From Verrucomicrobiota bacterium (GTDB lineage Bacteria > Verrucomicrobiota > Verrucomicrobiia > Limisphaerales > Palsa-1400): a stretch of 53,019 nt of DNA. This document shows, one piece after another, positions 28,631-38,400 of the stretch. Location of the stretch: NCBI GenBank assembly GCA_049510745.1, contig JBEKYR010000038.1, positions 1 through 53,019 on the forward strand, read 5' to 3'. The notes beneath the pieces were generated by a model. The model ran no database searches. It had not been told where the DNA came from and saw only the letters and a program-made list of their open reading frames with translations. The first letter of the stretch is position 1. Every line of letters starts with the position of its first letter. The translations under genes and the position numbers were made by a program.

Positions 28631-30991
28631 ATGGACCAAACAGATCAAAACAAAGCTGCCTCGTCAAACGCCTTGGATACGCGTGTCCAGCAGTCCCTGC
28701 GGACTTGCTATGAATCGCTCTTGAAACGCGGTGAACTGTTGACGAAGGAACGTCTTTCCGAATGTTACGCGCTTTTCCGGGAGCGTTTCGGCCCGGATCG
28801 TCTCAAAGGTCTGGACGGCGAGGTGCTGTTGAACACCATGCACGCACACGGCAGCCAAGACAGCCTTGTGTATTGGCTGGAATTTAAGAGCGACGCCGAA
28901 TTTCCTACCCGCCAGTTCGGCAGTATCTCTGGCGGCAGTGCGCTCAAATTCGGACTTTATAAAAGCAAGGATTCCGGCGAATGGATGGCTGGCCATCCGT
29001 CCAACCAAATCACGTTGCCGATAGCCGAGGCCATCGCCATCGCGCGGAAACACCGCGACCAGTTGGTCACCGCCGTGGCCGTGATTCAGGATTTACCCGC
29101 CGGAGCCGACGATCAGGCATACCTGGCCTTGCAGAATAAACTGGACGAGGTTGCACCGGATGTTTGCCGTTTGGCTTGGGGCCACAAATATGTAAGCCTA
29201 CTTTTCCCGGACAAGCTGGACGATTTTCACGCCGAATATTTCCAGCGGCATAATCTCATTAAATTGCTTCAACTGCCGCCCTCTCAGCCCGGCCTGTATG
29301 TCTCCGCAGGCCGATTTGTCAGCTTTGCCAATCAAATGGGTTGGCCCATGAATCACTTGACCGCAGCGCTCAATGAGCGAAACGGCACGCCAACCAAATA
29401 CTGGCGCATCGGCACCAAGTTGGGCGAAGGAAATAACGCACAAGATATTTGGCCAGCCATGAGAGCAGGCGGCTATGCAGCCGTTGGTTGGGCAGACTTG
29501 GGGGATTTATCCGCTGTGCTCGCTGGCGACAATGTGAAGGAAACAATCGCGGAAATGCTGATTAAGGGATACCAGTATGATGCAAATGTCGCTTCGCGCA
29601 AAGCCGGTGAAATTAGGAACTTTGCCAAGGACATGGAGGATAATGATGTAGTGCTCGCGGCGGACGGCGAAAGGATTCTCGGCATCGGTCTGGTTAAAGG
29701 CCCATACCGTTATGAGAAGACACAGCCGGAAGACGCACCGCATCGTCGCCAAGTTGAGTGGCATACGACCCCGGAATGGAGGCTGCCGGTCACGGAAGGG
29801 TTGAGAACCACGGTCTGGAAATTGCGTAAGGATGACCGGAACTTTGTCGCCGTGGAGCGCCAGTTTTTGGAACCGTCGTTGCCAGAGTCGCCCGCGCCCG
29901 CCGCACCAAAGCCGGTTCAACCAAAAACAATTAGCAAAATTGTCCGCTTGGAAGGCGTCATCCCTAGCAAATTGCAGGCGATCTTGGAACGCAAAGGCCA
30001 AGCCATTCTCTACGGCCCCCCAGGCACCGGCAAAACATATTGGGGTAAACAGACCGCCCTTGACTTGGCAGCCATCGGGGCTTTTGGGTGTCTGTATTCA
30101 GACCTCACTCTCCAACAGAAGGTGACTGTCAATGGTGACGGCTCAAATCCTGGCTTGTTACGCTGTTGCACGTTTCATCCGGCATTCGGCTATGAGGACT
30201 TTATTGAGGGCTACCGCCCGCAAAAGGGCACAGGCGGCCAGTTGATCTTTGAAAAGCGCGACGGTATTTTCAAAAAGCTCTGCCATGATGCCGCTGCTTC
30301 GGATGAAAAATTTGTTTTGCTCATTGATGAAATCAACCGTGGTGACATCCCACGCATCTTTGGTGAATTGCTGACGCTACTCGAAAAAAATAAACGCGGA
30401 CAGGAAGTGATTTTGCCTTTGTCTGGCGACAAGTTTTCCGTCCCTGCAAACGTCTTGGTTATCGGCACAATGAACACGGCCGATCGTTCAATCGCCTTGC
30501 TCGATACCGCCTTGCGCCGTCGGTTTGGATTTGTCGAGTTAATGCCAAATTCGTCCACGCTGGTCGGTGCGATTGCAGGTGAAACGATTCCGCTCGGCCA
30601 ATGGCTCGAAGCGTTGAATTCGCGTATCCGCGAACACATCGGCAAAGACGCCCGCAATTTACAAATCGGCCATGCCTACCTGATGGATGACAACGGGAAG
30701 CCAGTCACAGATTTTGCCAAGTTTTCCCGCATCATCGCCGAGGACATCATCCCGCTGCTGGAGGAATATTGTTACGAGGATTACGGCGCGCTCACGGAAA
30801 TCTTGGGCGGGGCCATGATTGATGGTGAACGACAGCGCGTGCGTGAGGAATTATTTCTGCCCGCCCGCCGTCAGGATTTGATTCAGGCTTTGCTGGCACC
30901 CACGCCAGAATTGTCAACGACGATTGAGGCCGTTGCCCAATTAACCCCAACACCGGAACCAGAGGACGAACCTGAAGAACCGGCTAAATGA
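28631..30991 (+). CDS. mcrB: McrB-family AAA+ GTPase with extended N-terminal domains
   Basis: GPPGTGKT, FHPAFGYEDFIEG, IDEINRG, MNTADRS, LRRRF, IGHAY. Confidence 0.92.
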   Translation: MDQTDQNKAASSNALDTRVQQSLRTCYESLLKRGELLTKERLSECYALFRERFGPDRLKGLDGEVLLNTMHAHGSQDSLVYWLEFKSDAEFPTRQFGSISGGSALKFGLYKSKDSGEWMAGHPSNQITLPIAEAIAIARKHRDQLVTAVAVIQDLPAGADDQAYLALQNKLDEVAPDVCRLAWGHKYVSLLFPDKLDDFHAEYFQRHNLIKLLQLPPSQPGLYVSAGRFVSFANQMGWPMNHLTAALNERNGTPTKYWRIGTKLGEGNNAQDIWPAMRAGGYAAVGWADLGDLSAVLAGDNVKETIAEMLIKGYQYDANVASRKAGEIRNFAKDMEDNDVVLAADGERILGIGLVKGPYRYEKTQPEDAPHRRQVEWHTTPEWRLPVTEGLRTTVWKLRKDDRNFVAVERQFLEPSLPESPAPAAPKPVQPKTISKIVRLEGVIPSKLQAILERKGQAILYGPPGTGKTYWGKQTALDLAAIGAFGCLYSDLTLQQKVTVNGDGSNPGLLRCCTFHPAFGYEDFIEGYRPQKGTGGQLIFEKRDGIFKKLCHDAAASDEKFVLLIDEINRGDIPRIFGELLTLLEKNKRGQEVILPLSGDKFSVPANVLVIGTMNTADRSIALLDTALRRRFGFVELMPNSSTLVGAIAGETIPLGQWLEALNSRIREHIGKDARNLQIGHAYLMDDNGKPVTDFAKFSRIIAEDIIPLLEEYCYEDYGALTEILGGAMIDGERQRVREELFLPARRQDLIQALLAPTPELSTTIEAVAQLTPTPEPEDEPEEPAK

Positions 30992-32301
30992 CCACACAGG
31001 TCGTAAATTTGACTGAATGGGAGAGACGAGAACCAAGCAAGGGTAGCCCGCTTGTGGGGCCGGTATTGGCCAACCATCCGGCCGCTCAACGCCTAGCCGA
31101 GACGCTTACCCGCGATCGCCGCATTGAAATTCTTGAACTTGCGCGTGGATTGGAATTGAGGGCGTCATCTTTCGTCGGACGTTTCGCCTTGGGCGAATTG
31201 CTCATTACGATTAAGCCCAAGATTTCCGGCGTGCCGCTAATGAATTTGCTTCGCTACGCATACCGGCTACGTCATTTGCAGTTGTTCGCCGAAGTTGGCT
31301 ATGCGACCTCACAGGCCAGTTTCGAGGATTTATTGATTCATCAGTTGGCTGCGGAATCGTCCGAATTGCTTTCCCGTGGCCTTCATCGTGATTATCTTCG
31401 CACCGAATCCATGCTCGCCAGCCTGCGCGGGCGGATTGATTTCGGTGGTTATATTCAGGTAGCCGCAAATGGTGGCGTCCCTTTGCCCTGTGTTCATTAT
31501 CCCCGCAGCGAAGACACCTGCCTGAATCAGGTTTTGCACGGCGGCTTGGAACTAGCCGCCCGGATGACGCTGGACAGTGAATTAGGCGGGCGCGTACGGC
31601 GCTTGGCCAAAAGCTTCGCCGGACGGATCACGCCGAAAAAATTAGATGCCGCCGCTTTTGCCGAAGCTTGGTATTCACTCGACCGCCGCACCAGCGCCTA
31701 CCGGCCAGCGTTGACGTTAATTCAAATGCTTCTTAATACCCACGGCGCGGCCTTGACCGACACCACTTCGCCGACTCCCGCCGCTGGATTCCTGTTTGAC
31801 ATGAATCGTTTTTTTCAGGCACTCCTTTCCCGCTTTCTTGGCGAAAACCTCATCGGCTACGAAGTTCGGGATGAACGGGTATTGCGCGGGGTTTTCACCT
31901 ACGACCCGGCCAATAATCCTCGTAATCGTCGCTCGCCGTCACTTCGTCCCGATTTTCTCGTGCTGCGCAATCACAAGGTTGAAGCCGTTCTGGATGCCAA
32001 ATATCGTGATCTTTGGGATACAAATCTGCCGCCTGAGATGTTATATCAGCTCGCGCTTTACGCTTTGGGCCAAGAGAGCGGTAATCGCAGGGCAACCATC
32101 ATTTATCCGACATTGGAAGCCGCAGCCCGTCAGCAGACCATTTTCGTCAAAGACCCACTCCGTGGCGCTTCGACGGCGCAAATCATATTGCGCCCGGTGA
32201 ACCTGCTGATACTTGACCAGCTTTTGCGTGATAAAAGCGTTCAAGCCCAGCGCAGTCGCACTGAGTTTGCCCGGTGCCTGGCATTTGGACCATCACCATA
32301 A
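30988..32301 (+). CDS. mcrC: McrC-family PD-(D/E)xK nuclease
   Basis: ATGA overlap with mcrB; FVG, LRGRID, FDMNRFFQ, RPD..LDAKY, YQL..Y. Confidence 0.9.
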   Translation: MTTQVVNLTEWERREPSKGSPLVGPVLANHPAAQRLAETLTRDRRIEILELARGLELRASSFVGRFALGELLITIKPKISGVPLMNLLRYAYRLRHLQLFAEVGYATSQASFEDLLIHQLAAESSELLSRGLHRDYLRTESMLASLRGRIDFGGYIQVAANGGVPLPCVHYPRSEDTCLNQVLHGGLELAARMTLDSELGGRVRRLAKSFAGRITPKKLDAAAFAEAWYSLDRRTSAYRPALTLIQMLLNTHGAALTDTTSPTPAAGFLFDMNRFFQALLSRFLGENLIGYEVRDERVLRGVFTYDPANNPRNRRSPSLRPDFLVLRNHKVEAVLDAKYRDLWDTNLPPEMLYQLALYALGQESGNRRATIIYPTLEAAARQQTIFVKDPLRGASTAQIILRPVNLLILDQLLRDKSVQAQRSRTEFARCLAFGPSP

Positions 32302-32366
32302 TTCGAGCGGGGCCTCAGAACTTTGAACCTTGAACTGGCCAAGGCAAGTCCCTACGCTACGCGGGA

Positions 32367-33581
32367 ATGAATAAAGGTGTTCGTTGCAAGCTCTTCGTGA
32401 TGATGGTGCTGGAGTTTGTCATTTGGGGGGCGTGGCTGCCGCTGATTTTCAGCTATCTCCCCAGCCTGGGCTTTTCCGCGTGGCAAACGGCCGCCATCCT
32501 CAACGCCTTTCCGGTCGCGGCGCTGGTGGCGATGTTTTTCAGCAATCAGTTCGCCGACCGGAATTTCGCGGCGGAGAAATTTCTGGCCTTCAGCCAGTTG
32601 GCCGGCGGGCTGGCGATGATGGGGCTGGCGTTCACGCGCGATTTCTGGACGTTCTTCGCGCTGATGCTGGCGCATTGTCTGTTGTATGTGCCGACGCTCT
32701 CCATCGTCAATTCCATCGCCTTCACCCATTTGAAGGATTCGAGGGATTTCGGATTGATCCGCATGGGGGGAACGATCGGGTGGGTGCTGGCCGCCTGGCC
32801 CCTGACGTTAATCAAGATGGACGTCAGCGACATTCGCTGGACTTACGTCATCGCCGGGATTGCCTCGCTGGTGCTGGCGGCGTTCAGTCTGGCCTTGCCG
32901 CACACGCCGCCGAAAAAGGCGGCGGCCGCGGAGGACAAATTCGCGTGGGTCGAGGCGGTGCGGTTGCTGGGCCAGCCGTTCGTGCTGGTGCTGTGGATCG
33001 TCGCTTTTGTGGATGCCTTCGTTTTGAACGCGTATTTCAACTGGGCGAGCATGTTTTTGGGCAGTCCGCAAGTGGGGATCGCGACCAAATGGATCATGCC
33101 GATCATGAGCATCGGGCAGGTGGCGGAAATACTGACGATGGCGATCCTGGCGATGACGCTCAAACGGCTGGGCTGGCGGCTGACGATGATGCTGGGAATT
33201 CTGGGACACGTCGTGCGCTTCGGGGTGTTCGCGTTTTTCCCGCAGGCGACCGCGCTCATCATTGTAGTCTTTGCGTTGCACGGCATCTGTTACGCCTTTT
33301 TCTTCGCGGCGGTCTATATATTCGTCGATGAGTATTTTCCCAAGGACGTGCGGGCCAGCGCGCAGGGCCTGTTCAACGTGATGATCCTGGGCTTGGGAGT
33401 CATCGCCGCCAACACGCTCTGTCCCTGGCTGAAGGACCGTTACACCGCCAACGGCGCGAGCGATTTTCGGAGTTTGTTCGTGATCGCCGGCGGCGTGGCG
33501 CTGGCCGCGACGATTACGCTGGCCTTGTTTTTCCATCCGCCCGGGCGCGGCGCCGCCGCGGAACAAAGCGGTGGAACATGA
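32367..33581 (+). CDS. MFS nucleoside:H+ symporter family transporter
   Basis: LEFVIWGAW, FADR, RMGGTIGW, GQVAE, LHGICY, RASAQG. Confidence 0.88.
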   Translation: MNKGVRCKLFVMMVLEFVIWGAWLPLIFSYLPSLGFSAWQTAAILNAFPVAALVAMFFSNQFADRNFAAEKFLAFSQLAGGLAMMGLAFTRDFWTFFALMLAHCLLYVPTLSIVNSIAFTHLKDSRDFGLIRMGGTIGWVLAAWPLTLIKMDVSDIRWTYVIAGIASLVLAAFSLALPHTPPKKAAAAEDKFAWVEAVRLLGQPFVLVLWIVAFVDAFVLNAYFNWASMFLGSPQVGIATKWIMPIMSIGQVAEILTMAILAMTLKRLGWRLTMMLGILGHVVRFGVFAFFPQATALIIVVFALHGICYAFFFAAVYIFVDEYFPKDVRASAQGLFNVMILGLGVIAANTLCPWLKDRYTANGASDFRSLFVIAGGVALAATITLALFFHPPGRGAAAEQSGGT

Positions 33582-34141
33582 AAGAATTCGACTCGTTACG
33601 CGGCCAACTCGACACGTATTTGCGCAAGCAACCGGTGTTGGGGAAGGGCGTCTATATCGCGCGGGGGGCGGTGGTGGTTGGGGACGTGACGCTGGGCGAG
33701 GGCGCCAGCGTGTGGTACAACGCGGTGTTGCGGGGCGACATCAACCGCATCGTGGTGGGCGCGGGGACAAATATACAGGACAACGCCGTGGTGCATCTGG
33801 CCGACGAGTTTCCGTGCCTGTTGGGCAACTATGTGACGGTCGGGCATGCGGCGATCGTTCACGCCTGCACGATTGGGGACGAATGCCTCATCGGGATGGG
33901 AGCGGTGGTGCTGGACGGGGCGGAGATAGGGCGGCAATGTTTGATTGGCGCGAGAGCGTTGATCACGCAGGAGACGAAAATCCCGGAAGGTTCGCTGGTC
34001 CTGGGCGCGCCGGCGAAAGTGGCGCGCGCCCTGACGTCGAAGGAGCGGGCCGGATTGAAGTACTGGGCGAGAAAATACGCCGCCAACGCCGCCTACTGCC
34101 TGGAACACAAGATCAACGTCGGCGGCCCGCTGCGGAGTTAG
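33578..34141 (+). CDS. Gamma carbonic anhydrase family protein
   Basis: Hexapeptide repeats; LRGD, NIQD, VH, VGH, VHAC. Confidence 0.92.
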   Translation: MKEFDSLRGQLDTYLRKQPVLGKGVYIARGAVVVGDVTLGEGASVWYNAVLRGDINRIVVGAGTNIQDNAVVHLADEFPCLLGNYVTVGHAAIVHACTIGDECLIGMGAVVLDGAEIGRQCLIGARALITQETKIPEGSLVLGAPAKVARALTSKERAGLKYWARKYAANAAYCLEHKINVGGPLRS

Positions 34142-34148
34142 TTTCCCC

Positions 34149-34216
34149 TACGCCAGGGTGATCTTGTCTTCTTTTCTGAGGGTGACGATGGCCTTTTTCC
34201 AGCGGGGGGGCGCGGC
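34149..34216 (-). repeat. Displaced copy of the rplW 3' end (att-like direct repeat, left)
   Basis: Matches 43049-43115 with 2 substitutions and 1 extra G; encodes WKKAIVTLRKEDKITLA*. Confidence 0.95.
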
Positions 34217-34253
34217 TCCGAGAACGTTGCCAGGCAAGCGGGCGAGAGAAAGT

Positions 34254-34284
34254 TCAAAGGATTTGTCGCTGGCATTTGTCGTAA
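34254..34284 (+). promoter_or_regulatory. Putative ECF sigma promoter (autoregulatory)
   Basis: TCAAAGGATTTG-N11-TGTCGTAA; same motif and spacing at 41130-41160. Confidence 0.7.
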
Positions 34285-34301
34285 GGGTGAAATAGCAAAG
34301 C

Positions 34302-34856
34302 ATGGTGGAACCGGATGAAGAGCGGGATTGGATACGCAAAAGTCAGCAAGGCGACCTCGAGGCATTTGAGGCACTCGTCAGGCGCCATCAGCGGATGATT
34401 CATTCACTGACATATCGGATGACCGGATCGCTGCCCGACGCGGAGGACTTGGCGCAGGACACGTTCCTCCAGGCCTTCCGGCAATTGAGCGGGTACCGGG
34501 CTGAAGCGCGGTTTTCCACATGGGTCTATCGCATCGCGGTGAATCTGTGTTTGAATTGGAAGCAACGCCGGAACCGGCAGGAACGCCTGCAGGCTGATTG
34601 GAGCCAGAATCAGGCAGCGTCGCGCCGTTCCGACAGCCCGGCGCTCGAGCAGGTTCAAGAGGCCTTGCTGAAATTGCCGCCCAAGCAAAGGGCGGCGGTG
34701 ATCCTGACGGCCTACGACGGGTTGAACCACGCGGAAGCGGCGCGGATTCTGGGATGTTCGGAAAGCACTGTCTCGTGGCGCGTGTTCGCCGCCCGCGCGC
34801 ACTTGAAGAAGCTCCTGGCCAATGCTCAAAGCGGGAATTTGCACCATGAAGAATAA
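34302..34856 (+). CDS. ECF RNA polymerase sigma factor
   Basis: GDLEAF, DAEDLAQDTF, FSTWVYRIAVN, LPPKQRA, EAARILG. Confidence 0.94.
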   Translation: MVEPDEERDWIRKSQQGDLEAFEALVRRHQRMIHSLTYRMTGSLPDAEDLAQDTFLQAFRQLSGYRAEARFSTWVYRIAVNLCLNWKQRRNRQERLQADWSQNQAASRRSDSPALEQVQEALLKLPPKQRAAVILTAYDGLNHAEAARILGCSESTVSWRVFAARAHLKKLLANAQSGNLHHEE

Positions 34857-35457
34857 CGAACTGGATCGCCTGCTGCAATCGATTCGGGAGCCCGAACGCG
34901 CGCCGGAGTATTGGAATGAGTTTCCGAAGAAAGTAGTGGCGCATTTGCACTGGCGGGTTGGAGGGCCGTCTGGCGCGGATCCGAGGCCGGCGCCGGGAAT
35001 AAGAAGGCTGGCGGGTTGGACACTAGGACTGGCCACAAGCGGTGTCATCGTCGCGCTGGCGGTGGTGTTATGGCGGGAGCATGAAAGCCGGCCGGAGGCG
35101 TCGCAAATGCTCCGCATGGGAAAATACTACCAGGAGATCGAGGCGCTGTTTCCCAACCAGCTTGAGACGATCGTTTTTGACCCGCAGGGGACGCATCTGG
35201 TTCTGGCGCCGGAGGCGGATGTGCCGGCTTCGCCGCCGCTTTACGTGCGCATTTGCGACGGCAAAAACTGTTCCTCGTTCGTGACATTCAGCGGTCAGGA
35301 GATTCAACTGGCGGGGCAAAAGATGACCGTGCTGTCAGACGCGCATGGCGGCATTATTCTGACGGGTGATCGGTTTCTCTGGTCGAGCGCGGAGCGGATT
35401 GATGGGGGCAGCCACTGGCAAATCGAAGCGCGGAATCTAAGCTCGATTCCGCTCTGA
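34846..35457 (+). CDS. Putative single-TM anti-sigma factor
   Basis: Overlaps the ECF gene; short N-terminus with YW motif, one TM, periplasmic domain. Confidence 0.6.
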   Translation: MKNNELDRLLQSIREPERAPEYWNEFPKKVVAHLHWRVGGPSGADPRPAPGIRRLAGWTLGLATSGVIVALAVVLWREHESRPEASQMLRMGKYYQEIEALFPNQLETIVFDPQGTHLVLAPEADVPASPPLYVRICDGKNCSSFVTFSGQEIQLAGQKMTVLSDAHGGIILTGDRFLWSSAERIDGGSHWQIEARNLSSIPL

Positions 35458-35461
35458 GCAG

Positions 35462-38400
35462 ATGAAAAGGGCTTTCTTAATTCTGGCCATTTTAATTTTT
35501 GCGCCGCCGCTGCCGGCTCAAACCAACGAGCGGGTCCGGCTGGCGTTGATTGCCGATTCGGACGAGGCTTCCGCCGCCCTGGATGTTTTGACGGTCGAAC
35601 TTTCGGGCGATAAAAAAGTGGAGTTGCTGGAGCGAAACGAGATCCAAAAGGTTTATCGTGAGCAGGGCTTGTCGGCGCTGAACCAGGATTATTTGAAACT
35701 GGGCCGAATCCTCGGCGCGGACGGATTGCTGGTCGTCCATCTGTCCAAAGAGGGAGATTCCGCGCTGTTGAGCCTGCGGTTGGTGGCGGTGAAACCGGGG
35801 ATCGCGCTGGATCAACATGAATATCCGTGGCCCTTGGATGATCCGGGGCAGTGGAGCAGTCTGGTCGCCGCGCAATTCCGGTCCTGGTTTCCCAAATTGG
35901 CCGTCTTGCCCCAGGACGCCGTGCCGATTTCGATTTTAAATCTCCGCTCGGCGCTGGCGTCCGCCGGTTCCGAGGCGCTGGAGCGGGAATTGACCTCATT
36001 GCTCTACAATCGGCTGGTGAAAGAAAGGGACATTTTTGTGCTCGAACGGCGCCGAATGGAACTGCTGACGGAGGAAAAGGAACTGAACAATGCCACGGAG
36101 AGTTCCTTTTGGAACGGGAGTTTTCTGATAGAAGGTGTGATTGACAAGCAGGGGTTCAACCCGAACAAGCTCAGCCTCGACATCCAGCTCACGCCGCGGA
36201 ACACAAAGGAAATTGTTTCCCTGGCCGTGACCGGTCCGCGCACCAATTTGCCGGCGGTGATAAACGATCTGGCGCTGCGGATTCTGGCCGCGGTCAAATT
36301 GGAGGGCGCCCCCACGAAGTGGGATCCCCAAGCTGAGGCTGAGCGATATTATGCCGAGGCAAAGTGGATGTTCAAATGGCATCTGTTCCAGGAGGCCAAG
36401 GCGGCGTCTGAGGCGGCCTGGGCATTGGGCCAAAAATCGCGGGAAGTGGCGGACCTAAGGATCAGGGCCTATGAGGGATCCGCCGGCGATCCGGGAATGT
36501 GCGTCATTCAGAACGAAATCCATCACGTCGTCTTTGGCGAGCAGTTCAAAGCGCGCCATCATGATCCCAGCCAGATAGCCGCTTTTGCCAAGGCGCCCGC
36601 GCCGGATCGGTTTGCAGACATGGTGGGCGCCCTGGAACTTTACGCCGAGGCCTTTCGGTTGTTTGTTGCTCCCGGGCAAAAACCGGATGCCGCCTGGCTG
36701 AACTTGGGAGTGCAACTGGTCGATCGCGCGTCGCAGTGGTTGCGGTATCATTATTTTACGGTCGAGGCCCGTTCGGGCCAGGAAGGCAGGATTGAGGAAG
36801 CAAAACGATTGTGCCGCGAAATAGCCGGGACGCTGGCCGGCAACCCGGACCTTGCCGCGGCAGACACCAATCACGCGATTTTGACAATCCAGGCCGAACA
36901 TTCGGCGTTTTGGATGGAGACGCCGGAGGAGGGTTTGGAGATTTATCGCAAACTGGTGGAGGCAGGTCAATGGCCGCTGGTCCGCCGCCGCTTTTTTAAC
37001 GCGGAATCGTTTCACCTCAGCCTGCAAGGGCACCAATACGGAATTACCCGCCGCGGAATTTCAGACGGGATGCAAGAGTATTACAATGGGCCGCCGGGGC
37101 ACCTGGCCAATTTAGCCAATCCGTGCCTGGCCGGGTGGAAGTGGGAAGACCGAAAACGCGGGCCGGCCGTCTGGAGCGGCTTTATTGACGAACTGTGTCG
37201 TTCCTCCAAGCCATTGACCCTGCTTGAAGGCCGGATATTGCAATGTTCTTACTCGTGGTCGGAAGAGGATTTTGAAAACAATTTGAGGCAGCTTCTCTCT
37301 TTGGTGCAGGAGCAAGAGGAGGCCCTGGTTGCCGCCGGCCTGGCGGAAACACTCTTGAATGATTTACGCACCCTCGTTGAGGGCCGAAAGGACAGCCTCA
37401 CGGACGCGCGCCGCGCCCGGATCAAGGACGAGGTCTGGGCGGACTTTGAACGACAATTCAAGGAATTCCTCAAACAAAAGGAGCGCGCGTTAAGGGATCT
37501 GAAGGACCAGCAAAAGCGTCTGACTATGCAGGACGAAAGGAAGAATTACCTTGAGACCCAGACTAATTTTGACTTTATGTCCTTCGCAAAGATTTTGCAC
37601 CAAGCTGACTATACCCCTGGGGAAGCAAACGAACTGCTGCCATTGCTGACCAATTACGCAATGCGCATAAGCAGCAATAACGCTGCCACAACCGCGACCC
37701 AATTGGAGCGTAGGCGGAAGGAAGTGAACCAAAAGCAAGCTAAGTTTTGGATTGGCACATTGGAAAATAAATTAACCGCGGTCATTTCGGGTCTGCCGCC
37801 CCGAACCAACGCGGCGCCGTTGCTGGCGACCGCCAAAACGCCTTCTCCTGCGGCCGCGGTTGCGAAGCCAGGTGAAGCCCCGGCGCCGCCGGGGGCGAAA
37901 TCTCCCTTGGCAACGGCAGCCGTAAAGCCGCTCAGTGTCAGCCGCTTTTGGCAAATCCCAATTCCGGATGATCTTTCAACGCCCGACACGGCCAATGGGG
38001 GTATCCCTTCTCCGTTCCAAGGCCGGGCTTCTCTGCGTCAAATTGCCTGGGCTTGCTACCGTGATGGAAAATTGTGGACGGAGGTCCGATACGATCAACT
38101 TGGGATTGCGGGACGGGCTGATTTTTTTGGCATCGACTTAACGACATTCGCGGCTGAGAAAATTTCATTTGAAGACCAAAGGTTTTCCCTGCCCAACCTG
38201 ATCTCCGGTGATCGCGCGGGAGCGTTTGAAGTGCATCGGGGGTATCTTTATCTTTCGCTCCAAGACTCTGTGAGCAGGTGTTCATTGAAAGATGGTTCCT
38301 GGAATCAATTTCCAGTGCCCGCAACGGGCAAAATCGGGGTGGCGCGTTTGGGTGACCGGCTGTTCTTCACCACGGAAAACAGCATTCTCGAATATAACCC

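Noticed and set aside
34148..34339. Second rplW gene (63-aa ORF)
   Set aside because: Only the last ~17 codons match L23; it is the duplicated end, not a gene
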